64,000 nt of DNA from Candidatus Bathyarchaeota archaeon (GCA_963828195.1 CAWHDT010000005.1:448001-512000); one strand, 5' to 3'; counted from the stretch's first letter, positions 10,372-20,120 are shown. Numbers and translations: made by a program. The notes: generated from the sequence alone by a model not told the origin.

Positions 10372-11541
10372 TTAATGTTTCGCATAATAATCTGCTACAG
10401 CCTTAAACGACTCTTTAGGCTCCCACGGCAGATCCGGATATGTCACTCCGTGCTCGCCCAGCGGACCTGAAAAAACATCCAGAACGTGAGGGTCGAGGTC
10501 CACCCCCAATATTTCCTTAGCCCCGCGAATGGCCTGTCTCCTGAACTCCGCCTCAGTTTCTGCCTCGGGGAAGCTCTTCACCAAGCTAAAGTTCGCCATG
10601 TCGGCATCGTACCTGGGGTCCGAGCGGTATGGGGAGTTAGGAACCACGAAGGTGTGCACGAAGGCACCTTCAACCCCCGCTGCGTCAAGCACCCCCAACT
10701 GATCAGCTATCTCCCGTGCCTGGAGCTCCTCGTCACGGATGTAGTGCCCGTCAGCTCGGGGCGGAACATGCGCCATATTCAAGAACAACTTAGGAAACTT
10801 CTGGTTTGGCCCGAGGAGACCTTCCATCATCCCGAAGGTTATCATGAAGCCGCTGCCGCCGAGCAGGTCCGCGCCCCGGAAAGTGCAGCACCCGAACTCT
10901 CCTATGACGACAGGCTTGCCGAATGCTTTGTACTTGCTTATCATCTGCCCATAGGAGTCTTTGATCCGCGCGTCCCTGTAATGGTCTACTCCGACGAAAT
11001 CGAACGGTTTCCAGTTGACAGCTTCGAACGGTACGGAGAAGTAGGTCAGCGGACCACGGAACAACTTCGCGGCCTCGCTCAGACTCGACAGGTACGCATT
11101 AAGCGGGCTGTTATGCTTCCCAGCCATTATATCTCCCCAGAACGAGGGACGCAACATCCGGTCAAAGACGCTCTTGCCCTCGATAATCCCCTGAGAGAAG
11201 AGGGTCAGCTCAGAGCCCACACTGAAGACCAGCTTTCCAGGCCATTTTTGCCTCAACTCTTCTGCCGCCGCAGCAGCTTTAGTGATGTATTGAAGTGTTT
11301 CCTCTTGGCTTTTGTCCCACATTTCTGGCGAAAGCCACACTTCCAGACCCTGTTTTAAAGCGTCCTCGCCAGCAATCATCAGCCGGTCGATGTCGAGGCC
11401 ACAGATCCTTACGGCATTGCAGTGCAGGTCATTCTTGATGATCTCAAGTTCGCGGTTCACAACTCGTGCATCAAAGTTAGGGCGCCAATTAACTCCAAGC
11501 AAGACACGCCCCACATCATAGCAAACTCCTTTTCGTTTCAT
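10372..11541 (-). CDS. Glycoside-hydrolase-like TIM-barrel protein (family often labelled 'abortive infection protein')
   Basis: KGVCYDVG, DLHCNAVRI, GSELTLF, EFGCCT, WEPKESF. Confidence 0.65.
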   Translation of the reverse strand: MKRKGVCYDVGRVLLGVNWRPNFDARVVNRELEIIKNDLHCNAVRICGLDIDRLMIAGEDALKQGLEVWLSPEMWDKSQEETLQYITKAAAAAEELRQKWPGKLVFSVGSELTLFSQGIIEGKSVFDRMLRPSFWGDIMAGKHNSPLNAYLSSLSEAAKLFRGPLTYFSVPFEAVNWKPFDFVGVDHYRDARIKDSYGQMISKYKAFGKPVVIGEFGCCTFRGADLLGGSGFMITFGMMEGLLGPNQKFPKLFLNMAHVPPRADGHYIRDEELQAREIADQLGVLDAAGVEGAFVHTFVVPNSPYRSDPRYDADMANFSLVKSFPEAETEAEFRRQAIRGAKEILGVDLDPHVLDVFSGPLGEHGVTYPDLPWEPKESFKAVADYYAKH

Positions 11542-11542
11542 A

Positions 11543-12160
11543 TCAGCTGCTCTCCTTCGTGTCGGGTTTGAGCATCCGCAAAATAATTTTTGCTTCAGGA
11601 AAATGCTTTTTTGCGTCCTCAGGGTTAAGCATGGTGGCTCTTTTCATTAATCCATTAATGCACGCCATTAGAGCAACCATTAACTGGTCAGGATCGTCAT
11701 TGGTGATTTCGCCCGTAGCTTGACCTTCAACGATAAGTTGACGAATAATGTCTTGGATAATTTTGCCATTCTTTAGAACAAGTTGTCGTAGTTCGCTAGG
11801 CGTTTTGTCGTCAGCTAAAACTTGGCTAAAAATTTGGGAAAATCCAGGGTTAGTTTTGTTTTCTGCTAATATGTATGAAATCAAGAGTGCAAGGCGCGTT
11901 CCTGGCGTCCCTTGTATTTGCTTAATACGTTCGGCTGGTCCGCCGCTGGATTCTGTCGCCTGCTTTATCAGGATGGTGAAGATTTCTTCTTTGCTTGCGA
12001 AGTACCGATACGCTAATCCTTGGCTGACGCCGGCTTCGGAAGCTACATCAGCTATTGTGGCGGCGCTGCCTTTTCTTGCAAAGACGTTTCGGGCTGCTGT
12101 GAGGATTTTTGCTCGCTGTTCTTCGCGGATTTGTTGGTTTGTTTCTTCTGTTCTCGGCAT
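11543..12160 (-). CDS. TetR/AcrR family regulator
   Basis: N-terminal HTH ATIADVASEAGVSQGLAYRYFASKEEI. Confidence 0.92.
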   Translation of the reverse strand: MPRTEETNQQIREEQRAKILTAARNVFARKGSAATIADVASEAGVSQGLAYRYFASKEEIFTILIKQATESSGGPAERIKQIQGTPGTRLALLISYILAENKTNPGFSQIFSQVLADDKTPSELRQLVLKNGKIIQDIIRQLIVEGQATGEITNDDPDQLMVALMACINGLMKRATMLNPEDAKKHFPEAKIILRMLKPDTKESS

Positions 12161-12177
12161 TTTTCAATGACCTTGCA

Positions 12178-12207
12178 GATGAATGAATTGTTCATTCATC
12201 TTATAAG
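12178..12207 (-). promoter_or_regulatory. TetR operator palindrome GATGAATGAA-TTG-TTCATTCATC adjoining a TATA box (CTTATAA)
   Basis: Perfect 10-3-10 inverted repeat about 18 bp upstream of the tetR start and abutting a TATA-like element. Confidence 0.75.
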
Positions 12208-12265
12208 GGTATCGCAACTTCAAAAATCAAAAAAAGAAACAAAACAGGAACTCAAGAGCCCAAAA

Positions 12266-12538
12266 CTAAGCAGGGTACACCCAATGCACTGACCTGTGCT
12301 GTCGGGTTCCCCAAATTACCCACATTAAACCGATCAGTAACCCAGCGATGGCCAATGAAACTATCGTCACTATAACGTTCTGAAATAGGCTGTAGCCTCT
12401 TGACCAGAAGAGGGCGTAGAAAAGGATGAATAAAAGCCAAGCTATTACGCCGACGAATGTAGATATGATGGGTGCGATGGGGCCTGCGTGCCTCCATTGA
12501 GGTTGGGAAGGTTCGGCGCTGGAAACATGATTTGCCAA
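12266..12538 (-). CDS. Small two-TM membrane protein
   Basis: Two hydrophobic helices linked by YSLFQN. Confidence 0.6.
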   Translation of the reverse strand: MANHVSSAEPSQPQWRHAGPIAPIISTFVGVIAWLLFILFYALFWSRGYSLFQNVIVTIVSLAIAGLLIGLMWVIWGTRQHRSVHWVYPA

Positions 12539-12609
12539 TTTCGTTCACCTAAGGGTAAATGTCGATTTTTCGCTTATAAAACCATCGTTGGCTAAACCCT
12601 TCATCGCGA

Positions 12610-13614
12610 TTATACTGATTTGCTTTTTCTTAATGTCTCAACTGCTTTTTCCGCCCACTGATAATCTCTCCAAAACGCTCTGCCTACAGCCACCAAATCA
12701 ACTTTTCCCTCACTCACCAACCTATCTGCGAGTTCCGCCTCCCTGATTCCGCCCACACCAATTACGGGAACCATCACCGCCTTCTTGACCTCAATTGCCT
12801 GCGGAACAAAATAGCCCTTAATTTGACGCAGCTGCCTTGGTTCACTTCCGCACATGCCCCCTGACACGTCAACGATGTCCACGTCGGATTGCTCAAGCTT
12901 CTTTGCAAAAATAACGGAATCCTCAATATGAGTTCCATTAGGAGCCAAATCGTCAGAGCCTAATCTGTAGAGTAAAAGTTTGCCCTTGAGCCGTTCATGC
13001 ACCTTTTCAACCACAAGCAGGGGAAAACGCACCCGATTATCCAAAGAACCCCCGTATTTGTCATCTCGCTTGTTAAAAAGGGGCGAGTAGAACTGGTTAA
13101 GCAAGTAGCCGTGAGCTCCATGAACCTCAACCCCGTCAAACCCAGCCTTAACCGCACGTTCGGCAGCCAAAGCAAAGTCGTCGGCTAACGCTTCTATTTC
13201 GCTTATTTCTATCATTCGCGATTTCTCTCTGGGGGAGGGACCGGCGGGTTCGGCGCCGATGACTTTTTTGTTTGTAACCGCGCCGGCATGAGATATCTGT
13301 ATAACCGCAGTAGCATCGATCTCATGTAAAGCCTTTGCAAGCTTCTCAAGACCACCAATTAACGAGTCATCGTGGATTCCAAGTTGTTTTGGACCGATCT
13401 TTCCAGTCGGAGAAACATAAGCGTGCTCAACAATAGTTAAGCCTAAAGCAGCGGCACGTCGAACGTAAAAGTTGATCAGTTTGGTGGTTACGGCGCCTTC
13501 AAAATTTGCCCTGCCAGTCTGCATAGGAGGCAAAACAATGCGGTTCCGAAGAGTATACCCCTTCACTTTCAAAGGATCAATCAGCCCAGGCAAACACGAC
13601 ACCGTTTCAATCAA
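12610..13614 (-). CDS. NADH:flavin oxidoreductase (Old Yellow Enzyme family)
   Basis: LRNRIVLPPM, QISHAG, GFDGVEVHGAHGYLL, NKRDDKYGGSLDNR. Confidence 0.92.
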   Translation of the reverse strand: MIETVSCLPGLIDPLKVKGYTLRNRIVLPPMQTGRANFEGAVTTKLINFYVRRAAALGLTIVEHAYVSPTGKIGPKQLGIHDDSLIGGLEKLAKALHEIDATAVIQISHAGAVTNKKVIGAEPAGPSPREKSRMIEISEIEALADDFALAAERAVKAGFDGVEVHGAHGYLLNQFYSPLFNKRDDKYGGSLDNRVRFPLLVVEKVHERLKGKLLLYRLGSDDLAPNGTHIEDSVIFAKKLEQSDVDIVDVSGGMCGSEPRQLRQIKGYFVPQAIEVKKAVMVPVIGVGGIREAELADRLVSEGKVDLVAVGRAFWRDYQWAEKAVETLRKSKSV

Positions 13615-13747
13615 TGGGTGATACAGCGCTATAATAACATATCAATTAACCTGAATTTTTCTGTCACCCGTTGGGCAGTTAAATTGAATAAGCAAAACAA
13701 CGTGTCTTTGCTCAAAAAGTTTATTTTGCTTGTCAGTTTAATGATGA

Positions 13748-14524
13748 GTGATTGTTATGGATATTCTCGAGGTTAAAGATTTGAGCGTTAAGGTTGAGGG
13801 AAAGCATATTCTCGAAGGAGTAACTTTCAACCTTAAGTGTGGCGAAAGCCATATTCTTTTCGGGCCCAATGGTTCTGGAAAAACAACCCTCATAAGCGCG
13901 CTTATGGGTCTTCCAACTTACGAAGCAACTGGCGGAACAATAAAGTTCGATGGAACCGACATCACAGCTAAGACTGTAGAGGAAAGAGCAAAGCTCGGGA
14001 TGGCTGTCAGCTTCCAAAATCCTCCTGAAATCACGGGTGTAAAGCTCGTGGACCTGTTGAAGCTTTGTCTTGGCAAGAAAACGGACGATTCCTTCAGCGC
14101 GGAGGAACAGCGGCTTATTGAAGTTTTCAGGTTAACCGACTTCTTAAACAGGGACCTCAACGTTGGATTCTCGGGCGGCGAAAGAAAACGCTCTGAAATT
14201 CTTCAGTTGATTTTCCTCAAGCCTAAGCTGCTGCTTCTGGATGAGCCAGACTCGGGTGTGGATGTGGAAAGCCTGAAGTTGATTGCCACTGAAATCGAGC
14301 GTTACGTAGAACAAAGCAAAAGCTCAGCGTTGATTATAACTCACAAAGGCGATATTTTGGAATATATTAAAGCGAAGTATGGATGCATCCTTTTAGATGG
14401 AAAATTTCACTGCTTTACTCATCCCATGAGCATCTATGAGGACATCAAAAAAGTGGGTTACGAAGAATGCGTAGCCTGCAGAAGAAGAACAGTAGGAGGC
14501 TGGAAAAATGACAGAAGAGAGTGA
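13748..14524 (+). CDS. sufC: Fe-S assembly ABC ATPase SufC/SmsC
   Basis: GPNGSGKT, FSGGERKR, LDEPDSGVD, C-terminal CxxC. Confidence 0.9.
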   Translation: MIVMDILEVKDLSVKVEGKHILEGVTFNLKCGESHILFGPNGSGKTTLISALMGLPTYEATGGTIKFDGTDITAKTVEERAKLGMAVSFQNPPEITGVKLVDLLKLCLGKKTDDSFSAEEQRLIEVFRLTDFLNRDLNVGFSGGERKRSEILQLIFLKPKLLLLDEPDSGVDVESLKLIATEIERYVEQSKSSALIITHKGDILEYIKAKYGCILLDGKFHCFTHPMSIYEDIKKVGYEECVACRRRTVGGWKNDRRE

Positions 14525-15632
14525 ATTAACAAGACTTCCGCATAAAATTCTTGAAGAAGCACAAAGGGCCGGCATTGAATCAGACGACAAGAATCGTTCA
14601 GGCACCTTTTTGCACTTAGACCAAACAACCGTGCAGGCTACAGTCAACGAGCTTTTTGAAGGAAAAATCGAGCTTATGGACATTAAGGCGGCGCTGAAAA
14701 AATACTCCTGGCTTAGCGATTACATGTGGAAAGTAGTTGACAAGAATAAAGACGAGTACACCAAAAAGGTAGCTGAAGACTACAGCGGAGGTTACTTCAT
14801 TCGGATTCTCCCAGGCGCTGAAGTCGCGTTTCCTCTCCAGTCATGCCTCCTTATAACGCAGAAAAATCTTGAACAAAAAGTTCACAACATAATAATAGCA
14901 GAGGAAAACTCAAATGCGCACATAATCACCAGCTGCCTCCAACACTCAACCGTTGCAAGCGCATCGCATCTGGGCATATCCGAAATCTACGTTAAAAAAG
15001 GAGCAATGCTCAACTTCACCATGATTCACCAATGGAGCGAGAACACGCTGGTGCGACCCCGAAGCGCCGCGGAAGTAGCTGACAAAGCCACGTTCGTATC
15101 CAACTACGTGTGTATGCGTCCTGTTAGGGATATTCAAATGTATCCTGCCGCATTCTGCAAAGGTGAGGATTCGCGGGTTAGCTTCAACAGCATCTTGTAT
15201 GGGCACAAAAATTCGCAGCTAGACATTGGATCAAAAGCTGTTCTGACGGGGAAAGGAAGCAAAGCGGAGATGGTTAGCCGCGCCATCTCGCGTGAAGGCT
15301 CAAAAATGATAATCAGAGGTATGATAGAAGGTGACAGTTCAGACTGCAAGGGTCATTTGGAATGCCGCGGCTTGCTGATGGATGACGAATCATTTATGCA
15401 GTCTATACCGGAGCTAATCGCAAAAAGGAAGGGTGTAGAGATCACCCATGAGGCAGCGGTTGGGAAAATCTCAGAAAAAGAAATCACCTATCTCATGACA
15501 CGCAAACTGTCGCGTGACCAAGCAGTTTCAGTGATTATACGCGGCTTCATGGATGTAGGCATACTTGGCTTGCCAGATGCATTAAACGCTGAGATTAAGA
15601 AAATAGTGGAAGCCTCTACGGAAAACACATAG
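14508..15632 (+). CDS. sufB: Fe-S assembly scaffold SufB/SmsB
   Basis: PLQSC, HNIIIAEE, GHLECRGL, THEAAVGKI; overlaps sufC. Confidence 0.88.
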   Translation: MTEESELTRLPHKILEEAQRAGIESDDKNRSGTFLHLDQTTVQATVNELFEGKIELMDIKAALKKYSWLSDYMWKVVDKNKDEYTKKVAEDYSGGYFIRILPGAEVAFPLQSCLLITQKNLEQKVHNIIIAEENSNAHIITSCLQHSTVASASHLGISEIYVKKGAMLNFTMIHQWSENTLVRPRSAAEVADKATFVSNYVCMRPVRDIQMYPAAFCKGEDSRVSFNSILYGHKNSQLDIGSKAVLTGKGSKAEMVSRAISREGSKMIIRGMIEGDSSDCKGHLECRGLLMDDESFMQSIPELIAKRKGVEITHEAAVGKISEKEITYLMTRKLSRDQAVSVIIRGFMDVGILGLPDALNAEIKKIVEASTENT

Positions 15633-15786
15633 CGCACAAAGGTATGAAGTAAACCGAAACGGGCAAAGCGCAGAAGCCTGCCCACCCATATTTTATTCCC
15701 TAAAGTGGCCGCTAACGTTTGTTGTTCTTGGTTGAGACAACAAGTTTTCATATAGTTTAACTGGCATAATAAGCAAGTTGACTTTC

Positions 15787-15936
15787 ATGATTTCGTGTTG
15801 CCACAGAGTGCATTGCTCAAAATGCGGAAATGAGCTTACTAAACCCGACAAAAAACTGGAAAACTCCGTCTTCTACGTAGCGATTTACACATGCAATAAG
15901 TGTGGAACATCAGTTAAGTATTCTAAATCTTTTTAA
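15787..15936 (+). CDS. 49-aa zinc-ribbon microprotein (below the ORF-track cutoff)
   Basis: MISCCHRVHCSKCGNELTKPDKKLENSVFYVAIYTCNKCGTSVKYSKSF; two CxxCG knuckles. Confidence 0.6.
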   Translation: MISCCHRVHCSKCGNELTKPDKKLENSVFYVAIYTCNKCGTSVKYSKSF

Positions 15937-16147
15937 CTATTTTGAATCATGTTTCACTAACTCGTGTTCTTGGCTGTAAAAACCGGGGTTCCATAAATAA
16001 CAGGGTTTCGGGCACCAAATAAATAGATTAAGGGGCGAGGACTCAGAAGCTAGCAATTTTGTGCTTTGTTGCTTCAGGTTGCGACAACATTAATTTTTAT
16101 TCCATGAAAACAATGATTTGATGAACACAGAAGGGCGCACCCATTTT

Positions 16148-16237
16148 AGGTGGGTCTGGCTGCTAAAACCGATAAGGTTTTTCTTGTCTCCTTCAAGTTT
16201 TTTCCTTATCGATTTCAGCACTCGGCTAGACCCACTT
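16148..16237. repeat. Long imperfect inverted repeat (~90-nt hairpin)
   Basis: GGTGGGTCTGGCTG..CGATAAGG pairs with CCTTATCG..CGGCTAGACCCACT. Confidence 0.65.
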
Positions 16238-16302
16238 AACCAAACTTTTTGCCTAAGCCAATTTTATTTAAAACCGCTTAGCTTTGGAAAATAGAAAGGT
16301 TT

Positions 16303-16380
16303 TGGCGCCCAGGCCGGGATTTGGACCCGGGTCCTGCGGGCGACAGCCGCATATACTGGACCAGACTATACTACCTGGGC
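16303..16380 (-). tRNA. tRNA-Asp(GTC), CCA encoded
   Basis: Acceptor GCCCAGG/CCTGGGC, anticodon arm TGCGG-CTGTCGC-CCGCA, T arm CCGGG-TCCAAAT-CCCGG. Confidence 0.93.
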
Positions 16381-16500
16381 ATAAGCGCCGCATCAATACA
16401 CGATAATTTAACTAATTAATCTTTTCTAAAAATTGATTTAAACACTAATTAAGAAACCGCTCTCCTGCCGTTCACCAATTGAAAAAAACTTTAAACATGA

Positions 16501-17778
16501 CTAAACGAGGACGTGGACGTCGGGGAACTTGTTGATTGCAATGACGCCCCAGGCGTTAACTACTATTCCAAGGATGATGAGGACTTTATGGTACCATTTG
16601 AGTTTGGTGCCCATGCCTTTAACTGTGAGGACAAACAGGAACGGGTAGAAATCCATTGCGTAGCGGTAGCCGAAGCCCCATCCTGTAGCGGCATTCGTGA
16701 AGATGACAGCGGCTATCGAGAAAACTGCGGTCCAGCTCCACCACGTAACAGGGTCTTTTATCTTAGATTTTAACGCAAAAATGAACGCGGGCGTTGTAAG
16801 CCATATTGCTATCCCCTCCATTGGAACTTGAATGTAAGGTGCGGTGGCTGTGAGCGATGGGAGCCCCAGAAGGAACGGGTGCAGATTGGCTGGTATATAC
16901 AAGAGGCTGAATCGTCCATGACTGAACCATGACTCGCTCATTAGGCCAGGAATCAGCCAGTAAGCGACATCAAAAATCGTGCCGAACCGAACATAATTGT
17001 AGATGAAGTCAGCTATCACAAAGACCCCAGCGCCCGCCGCCATTTTCGCAAGCGAAGGCAAAGATGACTTAAACTTGCCTGTCCAGTCAACGTTCTCTTG
17101 TTTAGAAATGGTTAATCCTGCAAAGAAAAAGATGCCCAGCATCGTTGGAAGCCTGCACCAATATGAACACCCAACAAGCAGACCTACAAGCAGCGGACGG
17201 TTCTTATTGAAAGCTTCGTAGAGTGCAAGAAACAGGAAGAAAGCAGAGATGACTTGAGCGATAAGCCAAACAGAACCTATGCTTGCCAAATACCAGAAAA
17301 GAGTGCTAAATCCAAAAAGCACTGCAAACCAAACATATGCGATATCAAATTTAGGCTGAGTTTCTTTCGGTTTTTTGCTGACATCCATGGCGACAAGGTA
17401 AGCAAGGGGCACGGTGGCTGCGGCAAAGAAGAACCCGAAGAGGGTTTGGTTAAAGTTTAAACCCCATATGGCAACAAAGGGAGCCATTAGAAAAGCGGGC
17501 AGCGGTGGGTAAACCACGTACCATCCCGGTCCATGAGGGTTAGGTATAAGCTCGTTCAGCCAACTGGGATTTGAAAGCAAATAGAGGCGTCCATGAAGAA
17601 AAGCGTCCGAAAGCCGCACATAATAGTTGTAATAGGTTGCGTATCCTTCACTTGTAGCCCAATAAACAACGAACGCAACTATGAACAAAGCAATAAGTAT
17701 CAGCGCTGTTTTGTTCAAGTTGAAAGGAAGCTTTCTGCTTTCCATATACTTTCCAATTGCTACCTCGTAGCAAGCCAT
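16501..17778 (-). CDS. Polytopic membrane protein, GT-C-like glycosyltransferase candidate
   Basis: About 10 TM helices; YPPLPA, YNYVRFG, GFGYRYAMDFYP. Confidence 0.6.
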   Translation of the reverse strand: MACYEVAIGKYMESRKLPFNLNKTALILIALFIVAFVVYWATSEGYATYYNYYVRLSDAFLHGRLYLLSNPSWLNELIPNPHGPGWYVVYPPLPAFLMAPFVAIWGLNFNQTLFGFFFAAATVPLAYLVAMDVSKKPKETQPKFDIAYVWFAVLFGFSTLFWYLASIGSVWLIAQVISAFFLFLALYEAFNKNRPLLVGLLVGCSYWCRLPTMLGIFFFAGLTISKQENVDWTGKFKSSLPSLAKMAAGAGVFVIADFIYNYVRFGTIFDVAYWLIPGLMSESWFSHGRFSLLYIPANLHPFLLGLPSLTATAPYIQVPMEGIAIWLTTPAFIFALKSKIKDPVTWWSWTAVFSIAAVIFTNAATGWGFGYRYAMDFYPFLFVLTVKGMGTKLKWYHKVLIILGIVVNAWGVIAINKFPDVHVLV

Positions 17779-17864
17779 TTAAGAGTTTCCAAAAAACAAC
17801 GGAAAACACAGGGAACCGCAAAGAAAGAAGAAATCTTTTGCAGAGGCTGCTAAAGAAGGTGTTT

Positions 17865-18356
17865 TTAGGAAGCAGCTGTTTTAGGGCTCTGATGCTTTTT
17901 GCCCGACATGTAATCAATATCGATTCTGCCCATCGTTAGCGACGCGAGTTTTTCTGGCTTAATCTTAGAAAGCTTTGCCTCTGGATTAAATGCAACCTGC
18001 CGCACCAGAACTTCTATGGCATGTTGCTTCTCGCTTAAATCGTCAATTAGCATGATTTTACCCGAGAAATGAACTGATGTGTAAGCATAGTCACATTCGT
18101 CGGTTACCCCGAAATCCAGAACTGCTTGACCCCAAATCTTGCTGTTGGCTTTTAGGTAGACTAGTTTTTTGCCTTCAGGTGCACAGTGAAAGTAAAGGCA
18201 ATTCTTGGCTTCGTCGTAGCCATAGTTTAATGAGACAAGGTATGGCTCATTGTTCATGCAGAGGGCAACGGTAATGTACTTGGTGGTTTTTAGAATTTGC
18301 CTTAGCTCGTTTGGGTCAGTGATTTCTCGGTCTTTGCGTCTAACATGAAAAGACAT
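17865..18356 (-). CDS. Pyridoxamine 5'-phosphate oxidase-like (NimA-type) flavin-binding protein
   Basis: RRKDREI, PYLVSLNYGY, LYFHCAPEGKK, MSGKK. Confidence 0.85.
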   Translation of the reverse strand: MSFHVRRKDREITDPNELRQILKTTKYITVALCMNNEPYLVSLNYGYDEAKNCLYFHCAPEGKKLVYLKANSKIWGQAVLDFGVTDECDYAYTSVHFSGKIMLIDDLSEKQHAIEVLVRQVAFNPEAKLSKIKPEKLASLTMGRIDIDYMSGKKHQSPKTAAS

Positions 18357-18520
18357 GCTTACAAGTAAGCAACCAAAACAATATTAACTTTTTATCTTTA
18401 GAACCAACCCAAAAAGCTGAAGCTCCAGCGTAAACCAAGTTAACGCTCAGCAACGCTTAATATTCAAATAAAAGAGTTATATGTAATAATTTGGGCATTA
18501 ATCTGAGGATGTGAGGTTGT

Positions 18521-19792
18521 ATGGTGGAATCATTTGATGTTGATAAAACTGTCCTCGAAATGATTTTAGAGGATGATGTGGCTAAAAAAAGATCAATAGC
18601 TAAAAAGGTTTTAGAAGCTGCCTCTGCGCGGGGGACTTATCCTGCAAGTATTTATGATTTTTATATGGCTCGTGGAAGAGGAGAATTCTCGGGTTTCACG
18701 GTTCCCGCCATAAACTTGCGGAGCATGACTTATGATTTGGCTCGTGCAATATTCCGTGTGGCGGAAAAAAATGATTCTGGCGCCTTTATTTTTGAGATTG
18801 CCCGCTCAGAGATAGGTTACACTAATCAGCCGCCTGTTGAATTTGCAAGCATGGTTTTGGCAGCTGCAGTAAAAGAGAACTATTCTGGCCCAGTCTTTAT
18901 TCAAGGAGACCACTTTCAAGCCAACCCAGCAAAGTACAAAGAAAATCCGACTAAGGAAATTGAAAGCTTACAAGCTTTGATCAGCGACGCCGTAAATTCG
19001 GGTTTTTTCAACATCGACATTGATTCATCAACCCTTGTCGATTTAACTAAGCCAACCTTCAAAGAACAACAGCTTCTCAACTACGAAGTCTGCGCCAAGC
19101 TCACGCAGTTTATCCGCAATGTTGAGCCAAAGGGAACCACGATTTCGGTCGGCGGAGAAATCGGCGAAATCGGGCATCAAAATTCAACTCCTGAAGACCT
19201 GCATGTCTTTATGGATGGGCTTAAAGAGAAGTTGCCGAAGGGTTTAGTTGGGATTAGCAAGATTTCTGTTCAGACGGGAACCACTCACGGCGGCATAGTC
19301 CTTCCAGACGGGTCAATCGCGCAAATCAGCTTGGACTTCGACACACTAAAAACGCTGTCCCACGTTGCCCGAAGCAAATATGGGTTGGCGGGGGCGGTTC
19401 AGCATGGAGCGTCAACGTTGCCTCCCCAAGACTTCCACAAGTTCGTCGAATGCGAAACCGCAGAGGTACACTTAGCCACTGAATTCCAAAACATGATCTA
19501 CGAATCAAAACATTTCCCAGTTGACCTGAAGAAGAAAATTTATGCGTGGCTAAAAGTCCACGCGGCAAACGAGGCGAAACCGGGCGAAACTGAAGATCAA
19601 TTCATATATAAAACCCGCAAAAAAGGTTTAGGTCCCTTCAAGAAAGAAATCATTAGGCTGCCGCAGGAGACGCGCGATGCAATTGCAGCTGAAATTGAGG
19701 CAAAGTTTGATTTCCTCTTTAAACAACTAAATGTTGTAAACAAGAGAAATCTGCTGAATAAATACGTACAAGCCTCAGCTGCTCCATCATGA
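18521..19792 (+). CDS. Class II fructose-bisphosphate aldolase family protein
   Basis: VPAINLR, QGDH, GGEIGEIG, GTTHGG, VQHGAS. Confidence 0.85.
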   Translation: MVESFDVDKTVLEMILEDDVAKKRSIAKKVLEAASARGTYPASIYDFYMARGRGEFSGFTVPAINLRSMTYDLARAIFRVAEKNDSGAFIFEIARSEIGYTNQPPVEFASMVLAAAVKENYSGPVFIQGDHFQANPAKYKENPTKEIESLQALISDAVNSGFFNIDIDSSTLVDLTKPTFKEQQLLNYEVCAKLTQFIRNVEPKGTTISVGGEIGEIGHQNSTPEDLHVFMDGLKEKLPKGLVGISKISVQTGTTHGGIVLPDGSIAQISLDFDTLKTLSHVARSKYGLAGAVQHGASTLPPQDFHKFVECETAEVHLATEFQNMIYESKHFPVDLKKKIYAWLKVHAANEAKPGETEDQFIYKTRKKGLGPFKKEIIRLPQETRDAIAAEIEAKFDFLFKQLNVVNKRNLLNKYVQASAAPS

Positions 19793-19890
19793 TTCGACGG
19801 GCACTCGACAGCAAACCTTTTTTTTAAGAAATCTTCTGAGTTATGGAAAGTCAGTTCAATGGCAATAAAGAAAAAGAAAGTTAGGAAAGT

Positions 19891-19977
19891 TTATTCTTCT
19901 TCGTCTTCGCAGTCTTCACAGTCGCAGTCTTCTTCGCAATCCTCTTCTTCTTCGCTAACAAATTTGTACATTACCAT
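19891..19977 (-). CDS. 28-aa acidic Cys-rich microprotein
   Basis: MVMYKFVSEEEEDCEEDCDCEDCEDEEE; upstream TTATAT box and downstream oligo-T tract. Confidence 0.6.
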   Translation of the reverse strand: MVMYKFVSEEEEDCEEDCDCEDCEDEEE

Positions 19978-20120
19978 CTTAAAAACCAAAATAGGTTAAC
20001 AAAGGCGACATATAAGTCTTTACAACATAGGCGAATTTTTACCCCTAAACAGCCTTCTTCTGAAAACGTGCTGCCGCTTTGCCTATATCGTTAAGTAGAC
20101 GTCTAACTTATTTTATTTTT

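Noticed and set aside
10486-11358. 290-aa ORF on the + strand
   Set aside because: Antisense shadow of the GC-rich TIM-barrel gene; no recognisable motifs
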